A model generated the notes under the pieces. It was not told the origin of the DNA. It did no database searches and saw only the letters and a program-made list of their open reading frames with translations. The position numbers and the translations under genes were made by a program. A DNA stretch of 64,000 bases, taken from assembly GCA_963761305.1 (NCBI GenBank), contig CAVXGK010000002.1:1440001-1504000 (forward strand), given 5' to 3'. Positions 39,723-50,471 of this stretch are shown one piece after another (positions within the stretch are counted from its first letter, which is position 1; the number at the start of each line of letters is the position of its first letter). This DNA is from an uncultured Gemmatimonadaceae bacterium (lineage in GTDB: Bacteria > Gemmatimonadota > Gemmatimonadetes > Gemmatimonadales > Gemmatimonadaceae).

Positions 39723-42364
39723 TCCGCGACGGGATTCGCCGCGTGTTCGACCTCGCGCTGCGCCGGCGCGACCGGTGGGAACGTGAGGTCGAAGACGAGA
39801 TCAAGCTCCACCTCGCGCTGCGCGCCGAGCAGTTGGCCTCCGCTGGAATGGCGCACGACGAGGCCTACCGAGAAGCGGTGCGGCGGTTCGGCCCGCTCAC
39901 CGAATCGCGGTCGAGGCTGCTCGACGCGGCACAACATCGGGAGACTCGCATGCAACGCACGGAGTTCGTCGCGGACGCACGACAGGATCTTGCGTTCGCT
40001 TTGCGCACGCTCGGACGGCAGAAAGCGTGGACCGCGATCACGATCGCGACGCTGGCACTCGGCATCGGCGCGACGACGGCGGTGTTCAGCGTCGTCAGCA
40101 CGTTGCTGCTGCATCCACTGCCCTATCCGCACCCCCGCCGCGTCGTCTACGTCGATCAGCAGCCGGCGCAGGGCAATACCACCGGGCTCTCGGTCACGAT
40201 TACACCCGGGGCGGCGGTGATTCGCGCGTGGAAGGAGAGCTCGCACTCCTTCGAAGCGCTCGAGCCCGCGCGCAATGAGGATCGTTCGCTGAAGACCACC
40301 ACCGGAGATCCGAGCAGCGTCAGGACGACGGCGGTTCTCCCGAGCTTCGCCGACTTTGCGGGCGTCGCGCCGATCGCCGGTCGCAACTTCACGACGAGAG
40401 ACCTTGCCGACGCCCGCCGCGTCGCCGTGTTGGGCGAGGGATTCTGGCGTGAGCGAATGGCTGCGAGCCAGTCGGTGCTCGGCCAGTTGATCACGATTTC
40501 GGACACCAGTTACATGGTGGTCGGTGTCATGCCGGCGTCACTTCGATTCGGCTCACCGGGACAGACACCGACGGCCGTGTGGCTTCCGTTCGACTTACGC
40601 GACGACAAGCTCGCGGGATCCGTCATCGGACGACTGCGCCCAGGCACATCGATCGACGCGGCGCGGCGGGAGCTCGACGCCATCGCGGCCCGGCAGTCGG
40701 GACTCAGCGAAGGAGCGAAGCCGCCGTTTCTAACCGCGGTTTCCACGCCGGCGGAAGGCGTGAGATTCCGCGACTCGCTATTGTTGCTCGCGGCCGCCGT
40801 CGGCCTGGTGTTGCTCGTGGCGTGCGCGAACGTGGCGCATCTGCTGATCGCGCGCTCGGCGACTCGTCAACGCGAAATGGCCGTGCGCGCGGCGCTCGGC
40901 GCCGGGCATGGCCGACTGTTTCGGCAGTTGCTCACCGAAAGCCTGCTTCTCGCCGGCGCCGGAGCGGCGGCCGGTGTCGGCATGGGATGGGGTTTGTTGC
41001 GCGCGATGATCGCGATGCGACCGTCATCGCACGACGAGCTCAAAGCGTCGCACCTCGACCTGACCACACTCAGCGTCGTCGTCGGCGTGGCGGTCGTGAG
41101 CGGCGTGATCTTCGGCGTGCTGGGCGCGGTGCAGTCGTCACGCTCGTCCACGAATGACTCGCTCAAAGCCGGATCGCTTTCGGCGTCGGCGGGACGGAGC
41201 CACCGGCGCGTCCGATCACTGCTCGTCGTGAGCGAGATGGCGCTGTCAGCGATGCTCGTCGTCGGCGCGGCGCTGGTCGTGCGCAGCCTGGCGAGTCTGC
41301 AGCGCACGGATCTCGGGTTCGACCCGCACGATCTGTACATGCTCACTCCCGTACCTCGCGCCGGTTCTCTCACGACGAGCTCGGGGGCGGCGTCGCTCGA
41401 GGAGTTTGCCAACCGAATCAAGCGGCTGCCCGGCGTACGCGCCGTGACGATCGCTCGCGCAGGACCGGGCTGGCGCTATTTCGACGTGGGACGCTTCGAG
41501 GTCGAGGGGGAACCGGTTCCGCCAAAGACCGCGACGTCGTTCACTGACGTGAACTACGTGCACACGAACTACTTCGCGACGATGGGAATCGCGCTGCGCG
41601 AGGGGACCGTCTTTCGCGATACGACCCAGGCGGCGCGACAGGTTATCGTGAATGCCGGATTCGCCATGGCACACTGGGGGCCGGGCAAAGCCATCGGTCA
41701 CCGAGTTCGAGTCGTGGACACCGACAGCGAGCCGTGGCTGACGATCGTCGGCGTCGCGAACGATGCAATGACGACGGGGCCGCTCACGGCGTCGCATGCG
41801 CCGTACCTCTATTTGGCGGTCGACACCGCGACTCCGGGGAAAGTCGTGCTTGCGCGGGTCGACGGCGGCGCCGCCGCGATCAAGCCGGCGGTCGCGATTG
41901 GGCACCAGATGGGGATGCGCAACGTGGCGATCGACGGAACCGAAGCGTTCTTGTCGCGATCTCTTTCGACACCGCGGTTCGTGACGATGATCATGACCAT
42001 TTTCGGCGCGCTCGGGCTGCTGCTCGCCGCCGTGGGACTATACGGCGTCATGTCGTACACGGTGACACAGCAGACGCGCGAGATCGGAATCCGCGTCGCA
42101 CTCGGGGCTTCGACTGGCCACGTGGTGAACAGCGTGCTTCGCCGAGGCGCATCGCTCGCGATCGCAGGCGCATTGGTCGGCCTCGCCGCCGCCGGTTGGG
42201 GAACGAAGTTGATAGAGACGCAACTCCACGGCGTCGAGCGGATCGATCCCATCTCGTTCATCGCCGGCGCCGTAGTCCTCATCGGCGCGGCGCTGCTGGC
42301 GTGCGTCGTACCGGCAAGGCGCGCTTTGGCGATCGATCCGGTCAAGGCCATTCGCGCCGAGTGA
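39719..42364 (+). CDS. ADOP-type duplicated MacB/FtsX ABC permease
   Basis: GTGA overlap with padR; permease-prefix domain; 'LALGIGATTAVFSVV', 'ACANVAHLL..R.RE.AVRAALGA', second 'REIGIRVALGA', 'DPVKAIRAE'. Confidence 0.92.
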   Translation: MIRDGIRRVFDLALRRRDRWEREVEDEIKLHLALRAEQLASAGMAHDEAYREAVRRFGPLTESRSRLLDAAQHRETRMQRTEFVADARQDLAFALRTLGRQKAWTAITIATLALGIGATTAVFSVVSTLLLHPLPYPHPRRVVYVDQQPAQGNTTGLSVTITPGAAVIRAWKESSHSFEALEPARNEDRSLKTTTGDPSSVRTTAVLPSFADFAGVAPIAGRNFTTRDLADARRVAVLGEGFWRERMAASQSVLGQLITISDTSYMVVGVMPASLRFGSPGQTPTAVWLPFDLRDDKLAGSVIGRLRPGTSIDAARRELDAIAARQSGLSEGAKPPFLTAVSTPAEGVRFRDSLLLLAAAVGLVLLVACANVAHLLIARSATRQREMAVRAALGAGHGRLFRQLLTESLLLAGAGAAAGVGMGWGLLRAMIAMRPSSHDELKASHLDLTTLSVVVGVAVVSGVIFGVLGAVQSSRSSTNDSLKAGSLSASAGRSHRRVRSLLVVSEMALSAMLVVGAALVVRSLASLQRTDLGFDPHDLYMLTPVPRAGSLTTSSGAASLEEFANRIKRLPGVRAVTIARAGPGWRYFDVGRFEVEGEPVPPKTATSFTDVNYVHTNYFATMGIALREGTVFRDTTQAARQVIVNAGFAMAHWGPGKAIGHRVRVVDTDSEPWLTIVGVANDAMTTGPLTASHAPYLYLAVDTATPGKVVLARVDGGAAAIKPAVAIGHQMGMRNVAIDGTEAFLSRSLSTPRFVTMIMTIFGALGLLLAAVGLYGVMSYTVTQQTREIGIRVALGASTGHVVNSVLRRGASLAIAGALVGLAAAGWGTKLIETQLHGVERIDPISFIAGAVVLIGAALLACVVPARRALAIDPVKAIRAE

Positions 42365-42400
42365 TCGGTGGACCGGCTACAGACCGAGGAAAGAAAATTC

Positions 42401-42506
42401 AACGCAGATGCCGCAGATTTGAAAAGCGATGCCGCAGATGAGGCCGAGGGTGTTTTTTCGCCGTTCCATCTGCGGCATCGCCGTTCAGATCTGCGGCATC
42501 TGCGTT
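42401..42506. repeat. 40-bp-arm inverted repeat (AACGCAGATGCCGCAGAT family) between convergent genes
   Basis: 42401-42440 vs reverse complement of 42467-42506: 37/40 identical. Confidence 0.88.
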
Positions 42507-42545
42507 CCCATTTCTTTCACGGCGTAGTGGCTCATCCAGCGGAGC

Positions 42546-44528
42546 TTACGCGTGCGCCGCAAGCACCAACGAACGCGCCCGATTCTCTTCGGCGACCCTC
42601 CGCACGAACTCCTCGAGCGGAATCGCGTTCGGCTTCTGCTCTTTGCCGGCGCCGCGCACGTTGACCGCCACGCTGCCCTGCTCCGCCTCACGCCGCCCCA
42701 CGACGAGCATGTAGGGCACCTTCATGCGCGCGCCCTCGGCGACGCGATACTTGAGCGTCTCGGCGCGCGCGTCGAGGTGCGAGCGGACACCGGCGTCGTG
42801 CAGCGCCTTGTGCACCTTCGTCGCGTAGTCGGCGTATTCGTCGGTGATCGGCAGCACGCGCACCTGCTCGGGTGCGAGCCAGACCGGGAACGCACCGGCA
42901 AAGTGCTCGGTGAGGATCGCGATGAAGCGCTCGAGCGAGCCGCTCACGGCACGATGGATCACGACCGGGCGATGCATCGTGTTGTCTTCGCCGACGTACT
43001 CGAGGTCGAAGCGCTGCGGCGCGTTGTAATCGAGCTGGATGGTGCCGAGCTGCCACGAGCGGCCGATCGAATCGGTGACGTCGAAGTCGATCTTCGGGCC
43101 ATAAAAGGCGCCGTCGCCGGGCTTCAACTCGTACGCCATGCCCGTCGCGTCGAGGGCGGCGCGCAGCGCCGACTCGGCGCGATCCCACAGCGCGTCGTCG
43201 CCGATACGAACCTCGGGACGCGTCGCGAATCGCACTGTCGCGCTCAGACCGAACGTCTCGTAGTACGCCAGGATGAAGCGCAGCAGGAAATGAACTTCAT
43301 CCTTGATCTGCGCCTCGGTGATGAAGACGTGGCAATCGTCCTGCTGGAACTGGCGCACGCGCGTGAGGCCCGACAGCGCGCCCGTCACCTCGTTCCGGTG
43401 CAACACGTCGAACGTCACGTAGCGGAGTGGGAGCTCGCGGTACGAATGCTTCTTCGTGAGGTAGAGCAAATAGTGCGACGGGCAGTTCATGGGCTTGAGC
43501 GAGAAGTCGTGCTCCTTGGTCTCGGTGTCGAGCACGAGGAACATGTTCTCGCGGTACTTGCCCCAGTGACCCGAGATCTCCCACAGCCCCTTGTTGTAGA
43601 GCAGCGGCGTGCGGATCTCCTGAAAATCGTCGCGCTGGCGCTCGCGAATGAAATCGGTGATCGCGTTGTACAAGACCGTGCCCCGCTCAGTCCAGAACAC
43701 GGCGCCGGGCGAGAACGGATGCATCATGAACAGGTCGAGCTGCTTGCCGAGCACGCGGTGGTCGCGCTTCTTCGCCTCCTCGATGCGGAGGAGGTGGGCG
43801 TCGAGCTCCTCCTTCTTGAAGAAGGCGGTGCCGTAAATGCGCTGGAGCATCTGGCGCTTGGAATCGCCGCGCCAATACGCGCCCGCCGTGTGCGTGAGCT
43901 TGAAGTGCTTCACGCGCGACGTGTCGGGCACGTGCGGCCCGCGACAGAGATCGATGAACGGGCCGTCGGTGTAGGTCGAGATGATCTCGTCGTCGCTCAG
44001 TTCCGACAGGCGCTCGAGCTTGAGCGGGTCGTCGACGAAGCGGCGCTTCGCTTCGGTGCGATTCACTTCTTCACGGACGAACGGATACTTCTCCGCGGAG
44101 ACCTTCCGCATCTCGTTCTCGAACGAGGCGAGATCCTCGGGCGTGAACGGCTCGCCGACCTCGAAGTCGTAGTAGAAACCGTCGTCGATCGCGGGGCCGA
44201 AGCCGATCTTCGCGTCGGGACGCAAGCGTCGCACGGCTGTCGCGAGCATGTGCGCCGCCGAATGCCGGAGCACGCCGAGCGACGACGCGTCGCGGTCGGT
44301 GAGGACGCGGAACGACCCGCCGTTGCGGAGCGGCGTGGCGAGATCCTGAATCTGGCCGTTCACCTCGACGGCGACGGCCGCTTGCAGGAGGCGCTCGCCG
44401 ATGGACCGCACGACCTCGGCGGGAAGCGTGCCGCGCGACACGCTGCGCGTCGACCCGTCGGGGAGCGTGAGAGTGAGCGCGTCCCCATTCGACGATGGGG
44501 ACGGGTTGGGCGCTGACTGATCGATCAT
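42546..44528 (-). CDS. thrS: Threonine--tRNA ligase
   Basis: TGS domain, 'RHSAAH', 'DLCRGPH', 'KPMNCP', 'RVRQF.QDD', 'GAFYGPKID', 'HRAVSGSLERF'. Confidence 0.98.
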   Translation of the reverse strand: MIDQSAPNPSPSSNGDALTLTLPDGSTRSVSRGTLPAEVVRSIGERLLQAAVAVEVNGQIQDLATPLRNGGSFRVLTDRDASSLGVLRHSAAHMLATAVRRLRPDAKIGFGPAIDDGFYYDFEVGEPFTPEDLASFENEMRKVSAEKYPFVREEVNRTEAKRRFVDDPLKLERLSELSDDEIISTYTDGPFIDLCRGPHVPDTSRVKHFKLTHTAGAYWRGDSKRQMLQRIYGTAFFKKEELDAHLLRIEEAKKRDHRVLGKQLDLFMMHPFSPGAVFWTERGTVLYNAITDFIRERQRDDFQEIRTPLLYNKGLWEISGHWGKYRENMFLVLDTETKEHDFSLKPMNCPSHYLLYLTKKHSYRELPLRYVTFDVLHRNEVTGALSGLTRVRQFQQDDCHVFITEAQIKDEVHFLLRFILAYYETFGLSATVRFATRPEVRIGDDALWDRAESALRAALDATGMAYELKPGDGAFYGPKIDFDVTDSIGRSWQLGTIQLDYNAPQRFDLEYVGEDNTMHRPVVIHRAVSGSLERFIAILTEHFAGAFPVWLAPEQVRVLPITDEYADYATKVHKALHDAGVRSHLDARAETLKYRVAEGARMKVPYMLVVGRREAEQGSVAVNVRGAGKEQKPNAIPLEEFVRRVAEENRARSLVLAAHA

Positions 44529-44698
44529 CGTGGTGCGTCGGAGGTGTTGGCCCGTTCCGCGCGCAAGGGAAACTGAGCGACGGCGCTCGCTCGGGACCGT
44601 GGGCCTTGTTCTTGCACGCTCAGCCGCCACGCCCCTCGCGCTTTCCAACAGCGTAACCTATCGTTGTAGAACAACCTCCGCCACAGGGCTCGCGCGCC

Positions 44699-45355
44699 AT
44701 GTCACCAATACGCTATCGCGACGAAGGCTCGTCCAAAGGCATCATTCTCGGCGCGGTGGTCGGCGCCATCGCCGGACTCGCCGCCGGGATGTACCTGGCT
44801 CAGAACGCCGGCGCACGCAAGCGAACCGAGATTGGCGACGCGGACGAAGAGCGCCATGAGCATCTGCGCGGCGCGCGCGCGACTTCCGGCGGCGAGGAGC
44901 TCGACGAGGATTTCGAGGACGCGGTCGAGTTCGAGGATTCGGAGTTCGAGGGCGGCGACGACGACGAGTACGAATCGGATGACTACGACATCACGCTCGA
45001 GGAGCGGGTGCTCGAGGCCTTCCGCAACGACCCCGTCCTCTCGACGCGCGCCGTCGACATCGGCTCATTGCGCGCCGGCGTGATCGAGCTCGCGGGCGTC
45101 GTCGAAACCGCCCAGGAAGCCCAGCACGCCGTTACGATCGCGCGCGGCGTTCCGGGTGTGCAGACGGTCGTGAACCGGATCGTGACCGGAATTCACGAGC
45201 CGCGCTACCACGAGGCGCACGGCAGTCACCAAACGCACGACGTCGAGCGCAAGGTGAGCGAGTCGCGTGCGCTGCGGGCCGACATGCCGGAGAAACCGTC
45301 GTCGAACATCCTGCGCGCGGACGAACCGCCGCGCGACGTGACCGGCGCGCCGTAG
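44699..45355 (+). CDS. Membrane-anchored BON-domain protein
   Basis: N-terminal Gly-rich TM, acidic linker, 'LEERVLEAFRNDPVL...GVIELAGVV....A..IARGVPGVQTVVNRI'. Confidence 0.8.
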   Translation: MSPIRYRDEGSSKGIILGAVVGAIAGLAAGMYLAQNAGARKRTEIGDADEERHEHLRGARATSGGEELDEDFEDAVEFEDSEFEGGDDDEYESDDYDITLEERVLEAFRNDPVLSTRAVDIGSLRAGVIELAGVVETAQEAQHAVTIARGVPGVQTVVNRIVTGIHEPRYHEAHGSHQTHDVERKVSESRALRADMPEKPSSNILRADEPPRDVTGAP

Positions 45356-45364
45356 CGCGCCTGC

Positions 45365-46282
45365 TCAGGGTTTCTTGAGGTACTGAGGCGGAAGCGGGCT
45401 GTCCGGCCGCTCCGCCTGCCAGTAGACAGTCACGATCCACCATCGCGCCCCGTCGTTCAACAGTTGAATGCTGTTGATGCCGCGTGCGAACGGCTTTTCG
45501 TCGTTCGCCGTGTGGCGTGACTCGTACGTGCTGAAGGCGTGCGCGATTCCGCCGAACACCTCTCCGGTGCGCGCCACCTCGTGCTCGAAGAAGCCGTTCT
45601 CTTCGAGGCCGGTCTTGGCTTGCGTCGCGTACTCGTCTGGCGTCTCGACGCGAGCCACCGCCTTGCGGTCGCGGTTGAGACCACTGGGGATGAGTCGCGC
45701 GCCCGGAACGAACAGCGCCTTGAAGCGCTCCCAATCGCGATGCTGACACGCCGGTCCGGAGATCACGTCATAGAGCGCGGCAATGATCGCGTCCTCCGAC
45801 GCGACGTCCTTTGGATCGGCGACACCGGGCGTCGTGGTCGTGGGCGGTTCTCGATACGCCGTGCACCCCTCCAGCGGCGCTCCCGGCGGAAGGAGGCGGA
45901 GGCCAAAGCCCTTCGCGACGAGCGGATCGGTGTCGCTCACGTCCACGGTTCCGCGGGAGTAGGCAGCCGAGGCGCGCTCCTTGGCGAGAAACTCGAGGTG
46001 CGTCGGTTGATTCACGAAGATCCGCACGACGTCGAGTCCGCCCGTCGTGCTCCTCAGTTGGAGCATTCCGTTGGGCGGGATCTGCGGCTGGTATTTCGCC
46101 GCGTACGCCTTCGCAACGGCGGTGTCGCCAGAGTTGAGGGCGTCGAGCCAGGCCTGGAGCACTGTTCCCGCTCGCGTAGAGGGAATTGCGACAGGCGTCG
46201 TGGGCGCGGCAGGCGATTGAGCGGGCGCGCCAGCGGCGACGAAGAACGCGGCGGCCAAGGCGAGCGCGATGCGGTGGGACAT
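45365..46282 (-). CDS. Secreted hypothetical protein with C-terminal NTF2-like domain
   Basis: Signal peptide; 'IIAALYDVISGP...RDWERFKALF.PGARL', 'FGGIAHAFSTYE', 'RGINSIQL..DG.RWWIV'. Confidence 0.7.
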   Translation of the reverse strand: MSHRIALALAAAFFVAAGAPAQSPAAPTTPVAIPSTRAGTVLQAWLDALNSGDTAVAKAYAAKYQPQIPPNGMLQLRSTTGGLDVVRIFVNQPTHLEFLAKERASAAYSRGTVDVSDTDPLVAKGFGLRLLPPGAPLEGCTAYREPPTTTTPGVADPKDVASEDAIIAALYDVISGPACQHRDWERFKALFVPGARLIPSGLNRDRKAVARVETPDEYATQAKTGLEENGFFEHEVARTGEVFGGIAHAFSTYESRHTANDEKPFARGINSIQLLNDGARWWIVTVYWQAERPDSPLPPQYLKKP

Positions 46283-46352
46283 CGGGGCTCCGGTTCAGTG
46301 TCAACTCTACGATAACATGCTTTGCTGGCCGAAAGCCTTATTTTTCATGGAT

Positions 46353-49166
46353 ATGTCCGAACTTCCTGATCGCTTCGACTTTGCGACGGCCGAGCCGGAG
46401 ATCTACGCGTCCTGGCTCGCCGCGAACTGCTTTCATATCGAGTCGTCGGAGTCGGACCGGGTCGGCGGCGGGAGCGACCCGTACACGATCGTCATGCCGC
46501 CGCCGAACGTCACGGCGATCCTGCACGTCGGCCACGGACTCAACAACACGATCCAGGACGTGATCATCCGCTGGGTGCGGATGAAGGGCGCGGGCGCGCT
46601 TTGGGTGCCTGGCACCGATCACGCCGGCATCGCGACGCAGAACGTCGTCGAGAAAATACTCGCCGCCGAGGGAAAGACGCGCTCCGACCTCGGGCGTGAA
46701 GCGTTCGTGAAGCGGACCGAGAAGTTCGTCGAGGAAACCGGCGGCGTGATCCTTCAACAGTTGAAGGCGATCGGCGCGTCGGCGGACTGGACGCGCACGG
46801 CGTACACGCTGTCGCCCGAACTCTCGCGCGCGGTGCGCGAGGCGTTCGTGCGTCTCTACGAGCGCGGACTCATCTATCGCGGCTATCGCGTGATCCACTG
46901 GTGTCCGCGCTGCCTCACGTCGCTCAGCGACGAAGAGGCGGAGTTCCACGATGAGCCGGGCACGCTCTATCACATCGCCTATCCGGTGGACGGACAGCCG
47001 GGTCGCACGCTGACGATCGCCACGACGCGCCCGGAGACGATGCTCGCCGACGTGGCGGTGGCGGTGAATCCGAACGACGACCGCTATCGCGATCTCGTGG
47101 GAAAAACGGTGACGCTGCCGATCGTCGAGCGTTCGATCCCCGTGATCGCCGACGAGTACGCGGATCCGGAATTCGGCACGGGCGTGGTGAAGATCACGCC
47201 GGCGCACGACGCGAACGACTTCGAGGTGGGAAAGCGTCATTCCCTGCCGATGCCGATCGTGATCGACGAGCACGCCGTCGTGCGCGAGGTGAAAGACGCC
47301 GAGGGCCGTGTGCCGCCGTCGATCAGCGGGCTCGATCGCTTCGATGCGCGCGAAAAGATCGTGGACATGCTGCGCGCGTCGGGCGCGTTGCAGAAAACCG
47401 AGGCGCATCAACACGCCGTGCGGCACTGCTACCGGTGCGACACGGTGGTCGAGCCGCGCCTGTCGGATCAATGGTTCGTGAAGATGGCGCCGCTAGCCGC
47501 GCCTGCGTTGCAAGGTTTCCGCGACGGCGCGATCCGAATCCTGCCCGAGCGGTGGGAAGCGGTGTACGTGAATTGGCTCACGGGCATCCGAGACTGGAAC
47601 ATCTCGCGCCAACTCTGGTGGGGACACCGCATCCCGGTGTGGTACTGCGACGAGTGCGACCCGCCGCAGAACATCATCGTGAGCCGCGACGACATCACGA
47701 AGTGCCCGCACTGCGACTGCCCGGTGCGGCAAGACGAGGACGTGCTCGACACGTGGTTCTCGTCGTGGCTCTGGCCGATCTCCACGCTCGGCTGGCCCGA
47801 CGAAGTCGCGCCCGATCTCGACGCATTCTACCCGACCGACACGCTCGTCACAGCACCGGAGATTCTTTTCTTCTGGGTCGCCCGCATGGTCATGTCGGGC
47901 TACGAGTTCATGGGACGCGCGCCGTTCCACACGGTGTACCTCACCGGCACGGCGCGCGACACGCAGCATCGCAAGATGTCCAAGTCGCTCGGCAACGGCA
48001 TCGACCCGCTCGACGTCGTGAAACTCTACGGCGCCGACGCGCTGCGCTGGACGCTCGTCGCCGGCATGGGCATGGGCGCCGACGTGATCCTCGACCCGGC
48101 GGACATCGACAAATCGTTCGCGACGGGGCGCAACTTCGTCACGAAGCTCTGGAACATCGGGCGATTCCTGCTCGACAAAGTGGGAACCGAGCCGGTCGCG
48201 CGGGTTAGTGAGCTCGATGAATCCGCGCTCACCCGCGCCGACCAGTGGATTCTCCACCGCCTCCGCGCCGCGATCGACGAATGCGACGAGGCGCTGGGAC
48301 CACTGCGTCCGGAAGAGGAGCACGACTCGGCGGATCAGCGCATCTGGCGCGAACTCGAGCGAAACGCCGGACTGCGGCTCAACGAATACGCCGAATCCGC
48401 CCGGCGGTTCGTGTGGAACGAACTCGCCGACTGGTATTTGGAATCTCTCAAGAGCCGTCTCGACGCGAACGGAGACGACCGCGACGTGGCGCGCGCCGTG
48501 CTGGTGCACGCGTTCGACTGCGCGCTCAGGCTTCTCCATCCGATCGTGCCGTTCGTGACCGAAGCGCTCTGGCAACGCCTGCCCGGCCGCGAACCGGATC
48601 AGTTCCTGGCTCGCGCCGACTGGCCGGCGCACATCGACCGCGACGCGCTCGACAACGCCGTCGCACTCCACTTCGAGGATCTCGACGACTCCGCCGAGGA
48701 GTTCGAGCTGGTGCGCGAAGCGGTGCTCGCGGTGCGGCAGATCCGCGCCGAGAACAACGTCGCCCCGGGCAAATCGGTCGACGTGTTGTTGCGCGCCGAG
48801 AACGCGGCTCTCCAGGACATCCTCGGTGACGAGGCGGCAACGATCGGACGTTTGAGCCGGGCCGACGCACGTCTCGCCGACGGCGCGTCCGTCGGCGCGG
48901 CAGCGCACGCGGTTCTCGCCGGCGGCGCGGAAGTGATCATCCCGCTGGCCGGTTTGATCGACCTCACCAAGGAATGCGCGCGGCTTCGCGCCGAAGTGGC
49001 GCAGCTCACGACCCAGATCGGATCGCGAGAGGCGCGGTTGTCGAACGCCAAGTATCTCGAGCGCGCGCCGGCGGACGTCGTCGCCGGCGACCGCGCGATT
49101 CTCGAGGAGATGAAATCGAAGCGCGACCAACTCACAGACCGGGTGCATTCATTGTGCGGCGGCTGA
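46353..49166 (+). CDS. valS: Valine--tRNA ligase
   Basis: 'PPPNVTAILHVGH', 'DHAGIATQ', 'ATTRPETM', 'WNISRQLWWGH', 'KMSKS'. Confidence 0.98.
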   Translation: MSELPDRFDFATAEPEIYASWLAANCFHIESSESDRVGGGSDPYTIVMPPPNVTAILHVGHGLNNTIQDVIIRWVRMKGAGALWVPGTDHAGIATQNVVEKILAAEGKTRSDLGREAFVKRTEKFVEETGGVILQQLKAIGASADWTRTAYTLSPELSRAVREAFVRLYERGLIYRGYRVIHWCPRCLTSLSDEEAEFHDEPGTLYHIAYPVDGQPGRTLTIATTRPETMLADVAVAVNPNDDRYRDLVGKTVTLPIVERSIPVIADEYADPEFGTGVVKITPAHDANDFEVGKRHSLPMPIVIDEHAVVREVKDAEGRVPPSISGLDRFDAREKIVDMLRASGALQKTEAHQHAVRHCYRCDTVVEPRLSDQWFVKMAPLAAPALQGFRDGAIRILPERWEAVYVNWLTGIRDWNISRQLWWGHRIPVWYCDECDPPQNIIVSRDDITKCPHCDCPVRQDEDVLDTWFSSWLWPISTLGWPDEVAPDLDAFYPTDTLVTAPEILFFWVARMVMSGYEFMGRAPFHTVYLTGTARDTQHRKMSKSLGNGIDPLDVVKLYGADALRWTLVAGMGMGADVILDPADIDKSFATGRNFVTKLWNIGRFLLDKVGTEPVARVSELDESALTRADQWILHRLRAAIDECDEALGPLRPEEEHDSADQRIWRELERNAGLRLNEYAESARRFVWNELADWYLESLKSRLDANGDDRDVARAVLVHAFDCALRLLHPIVPFVTEALWQRLPGREPDQFLARADWPAHIDRDALDNAVALHFEDLDDSAEEFELVREAVLAVRQIRAENNVAPGKSVDVLLRAENAALQDILGDEAATIGRLSRADARLADGASVGAAAHAVLAGGAEVIIPLAGLIDLTKECARLRAEVAQLTTQIGSREARLSNAKYLERAPADVVAGDRAILEEMKSKRDQLTDRVHSLCGG

Positions 49167-50464
49167 CGGCCGTCGTCGCCGCCTGGTGCCTCGTCGCCTG
49201 TGCGTCGGCGGGCGCGCCGCCCGGCGGCCCCGAGGACCACGACCCGCCCGTCATCGTGTCGATCAAGCCGGATTCGGGCACCGTCAACGTGAGGCCGAAG
49301 CAGATCGACTTTCAGTTCGACGAAGTCGTCGCGCAAGCGGCACTCGGCGCGACGGATCTCTCGAAGCTTTTTCTGATCTCGCCGATGGACGGCGATCCGG
49401 ACATCTCGTGGCATCGCTCGCGCATCACGGTCAAGCCGCGCAAAGCATTTCGCGCCAATACCGCGTACGTCGTGACGATGCTGGCCGGACTCGGCGACCT
49501 TCGCGGGAACATCCGCAAGGAAGGCGCGTCGATCGTCTTTGCGACGGGTCCGACGGTGCCGCGGTTCGGGATCACAGGGGTGATTTTCGATTGGGCCGCA
49601 CTGCACGTCGTGGCCAACGCGCTGGTCGAGGCGCTGCCGAAGACCGACACGACCCTCGCGTTCATCGCCGTCTCCGACAGCGCGGGCCATTTCGACATCG
49701 GCCCGCTCGACACCGGCACCTACATCGTTCGCGGTTTGATAGACCAGAACGCGAATCGCAAGATCGACCGCAACGAAAAGTGGGACTCGGTCACCACCCA
49801 CGTGGTCGATGTTCGGCCGTCCGTCGAGCTCGACGCGATCGAGCGTGATTCGACGCCGCCGTTGCTGACCAACATCTCGGTGGAAGACACCGTCACGATC
49901 CGCCTCTCGTTCGACAAGTACATCGATCCGGCGACGCCGTTGCAGCCGGCGCTGGTGCAGTTGCGTGGCGCCGATTCGTCGCGCATCGAAGTGCAGCGCG
50001 TGCAGTGGGCGGCCGCGTACGATGCCTCCAAGCACGCCGCCGATTCGGCGCGCAAGGTCGACTCGACACGCCGCGCCGATTCGTTGGCCCGCGCGCGCGG
50101 TGTTACTCCCACCGCCCCACCCGTGGTCGCGGCACCACGACCGCCGCTTCCCGTCGGTGTGCCCGGCGCGCGACCAGCTCCGCCTCCAGCAAAACCAAAA
50201 GCGCCGGTGCCGGACAAGTCGATCATCGTGACGCTCGCACCACCGGCGCGGCTCCTCACCGGGCAATCGTACCGCGTCACGACGCGCGGGTTTCGGAATT
50301 TGGTCGGCAACGCGACGGAGCAGACGCGTCCCTTCCAGGTGCCGATCCCCAAGCCGCCGCCCAAGGACACGACGAAGCGCGACACAACGACTCGTGCGCG
50401 TCCGGACACAGCGCGTCCGCCGCGTCCGCCGCGGCCGCCGGCCGCCACGCGCCCGCCGCTTTAG
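49154..50464 (+). CDS. Ig-like (Big_5-type) domain lipoprotein with Pro-rich tail
   Basis: Lipobox 'LVAC'; 'PPGGPED..PP', 'FQFDE', 'DLRGN'. Confidence 0.75.
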   Translation: MRRLTAVVAAWCLVACASAGAPPGGPEDHDPPVIVSIKPDSGTVNVRPKQIDFQFDEVVAQAALGATDLSKLFLISPMDGDPDISWHRSRITVKPRKAFRANTAYVVTMLAGLGDLRGNIRKEGASIVFATGPTVPRFGITGVIFDWAALHVVANALVEALPKTDTTLAFIAVSDSAGHFDIGPLDTGTYIVRGLIDQNANRKIDRNEKWDSVTTHVVDVRPSVELDAIERDSTPPLLTNISVEDTVTIRLSFDKYIDPATPLQPALVQLRGADSSRIEVQRVQWAAAYDASKHAADSARKVDSTRRADSLARARGVTPTAPPVVAAPRPPLPVGVPGARPAPPPAKPKAPVPDKSIIVTLAPPARLLTGQSYRVTTRGFRNLVGNATEQTRPFQVPIPKPPPKDTTKRDTTTRARPDTARPPRPPRPPAATRPPL

Positions 50465-50471
50465 CCGGCCA

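Noticed and set aside
44530..44690. T-box or tRNA-mimic operator upstream of thrS
   Set aside because: No T-box consensus; only a short GAGCGA/TCGCTC hairpin, which is expected by chance at this GC content.
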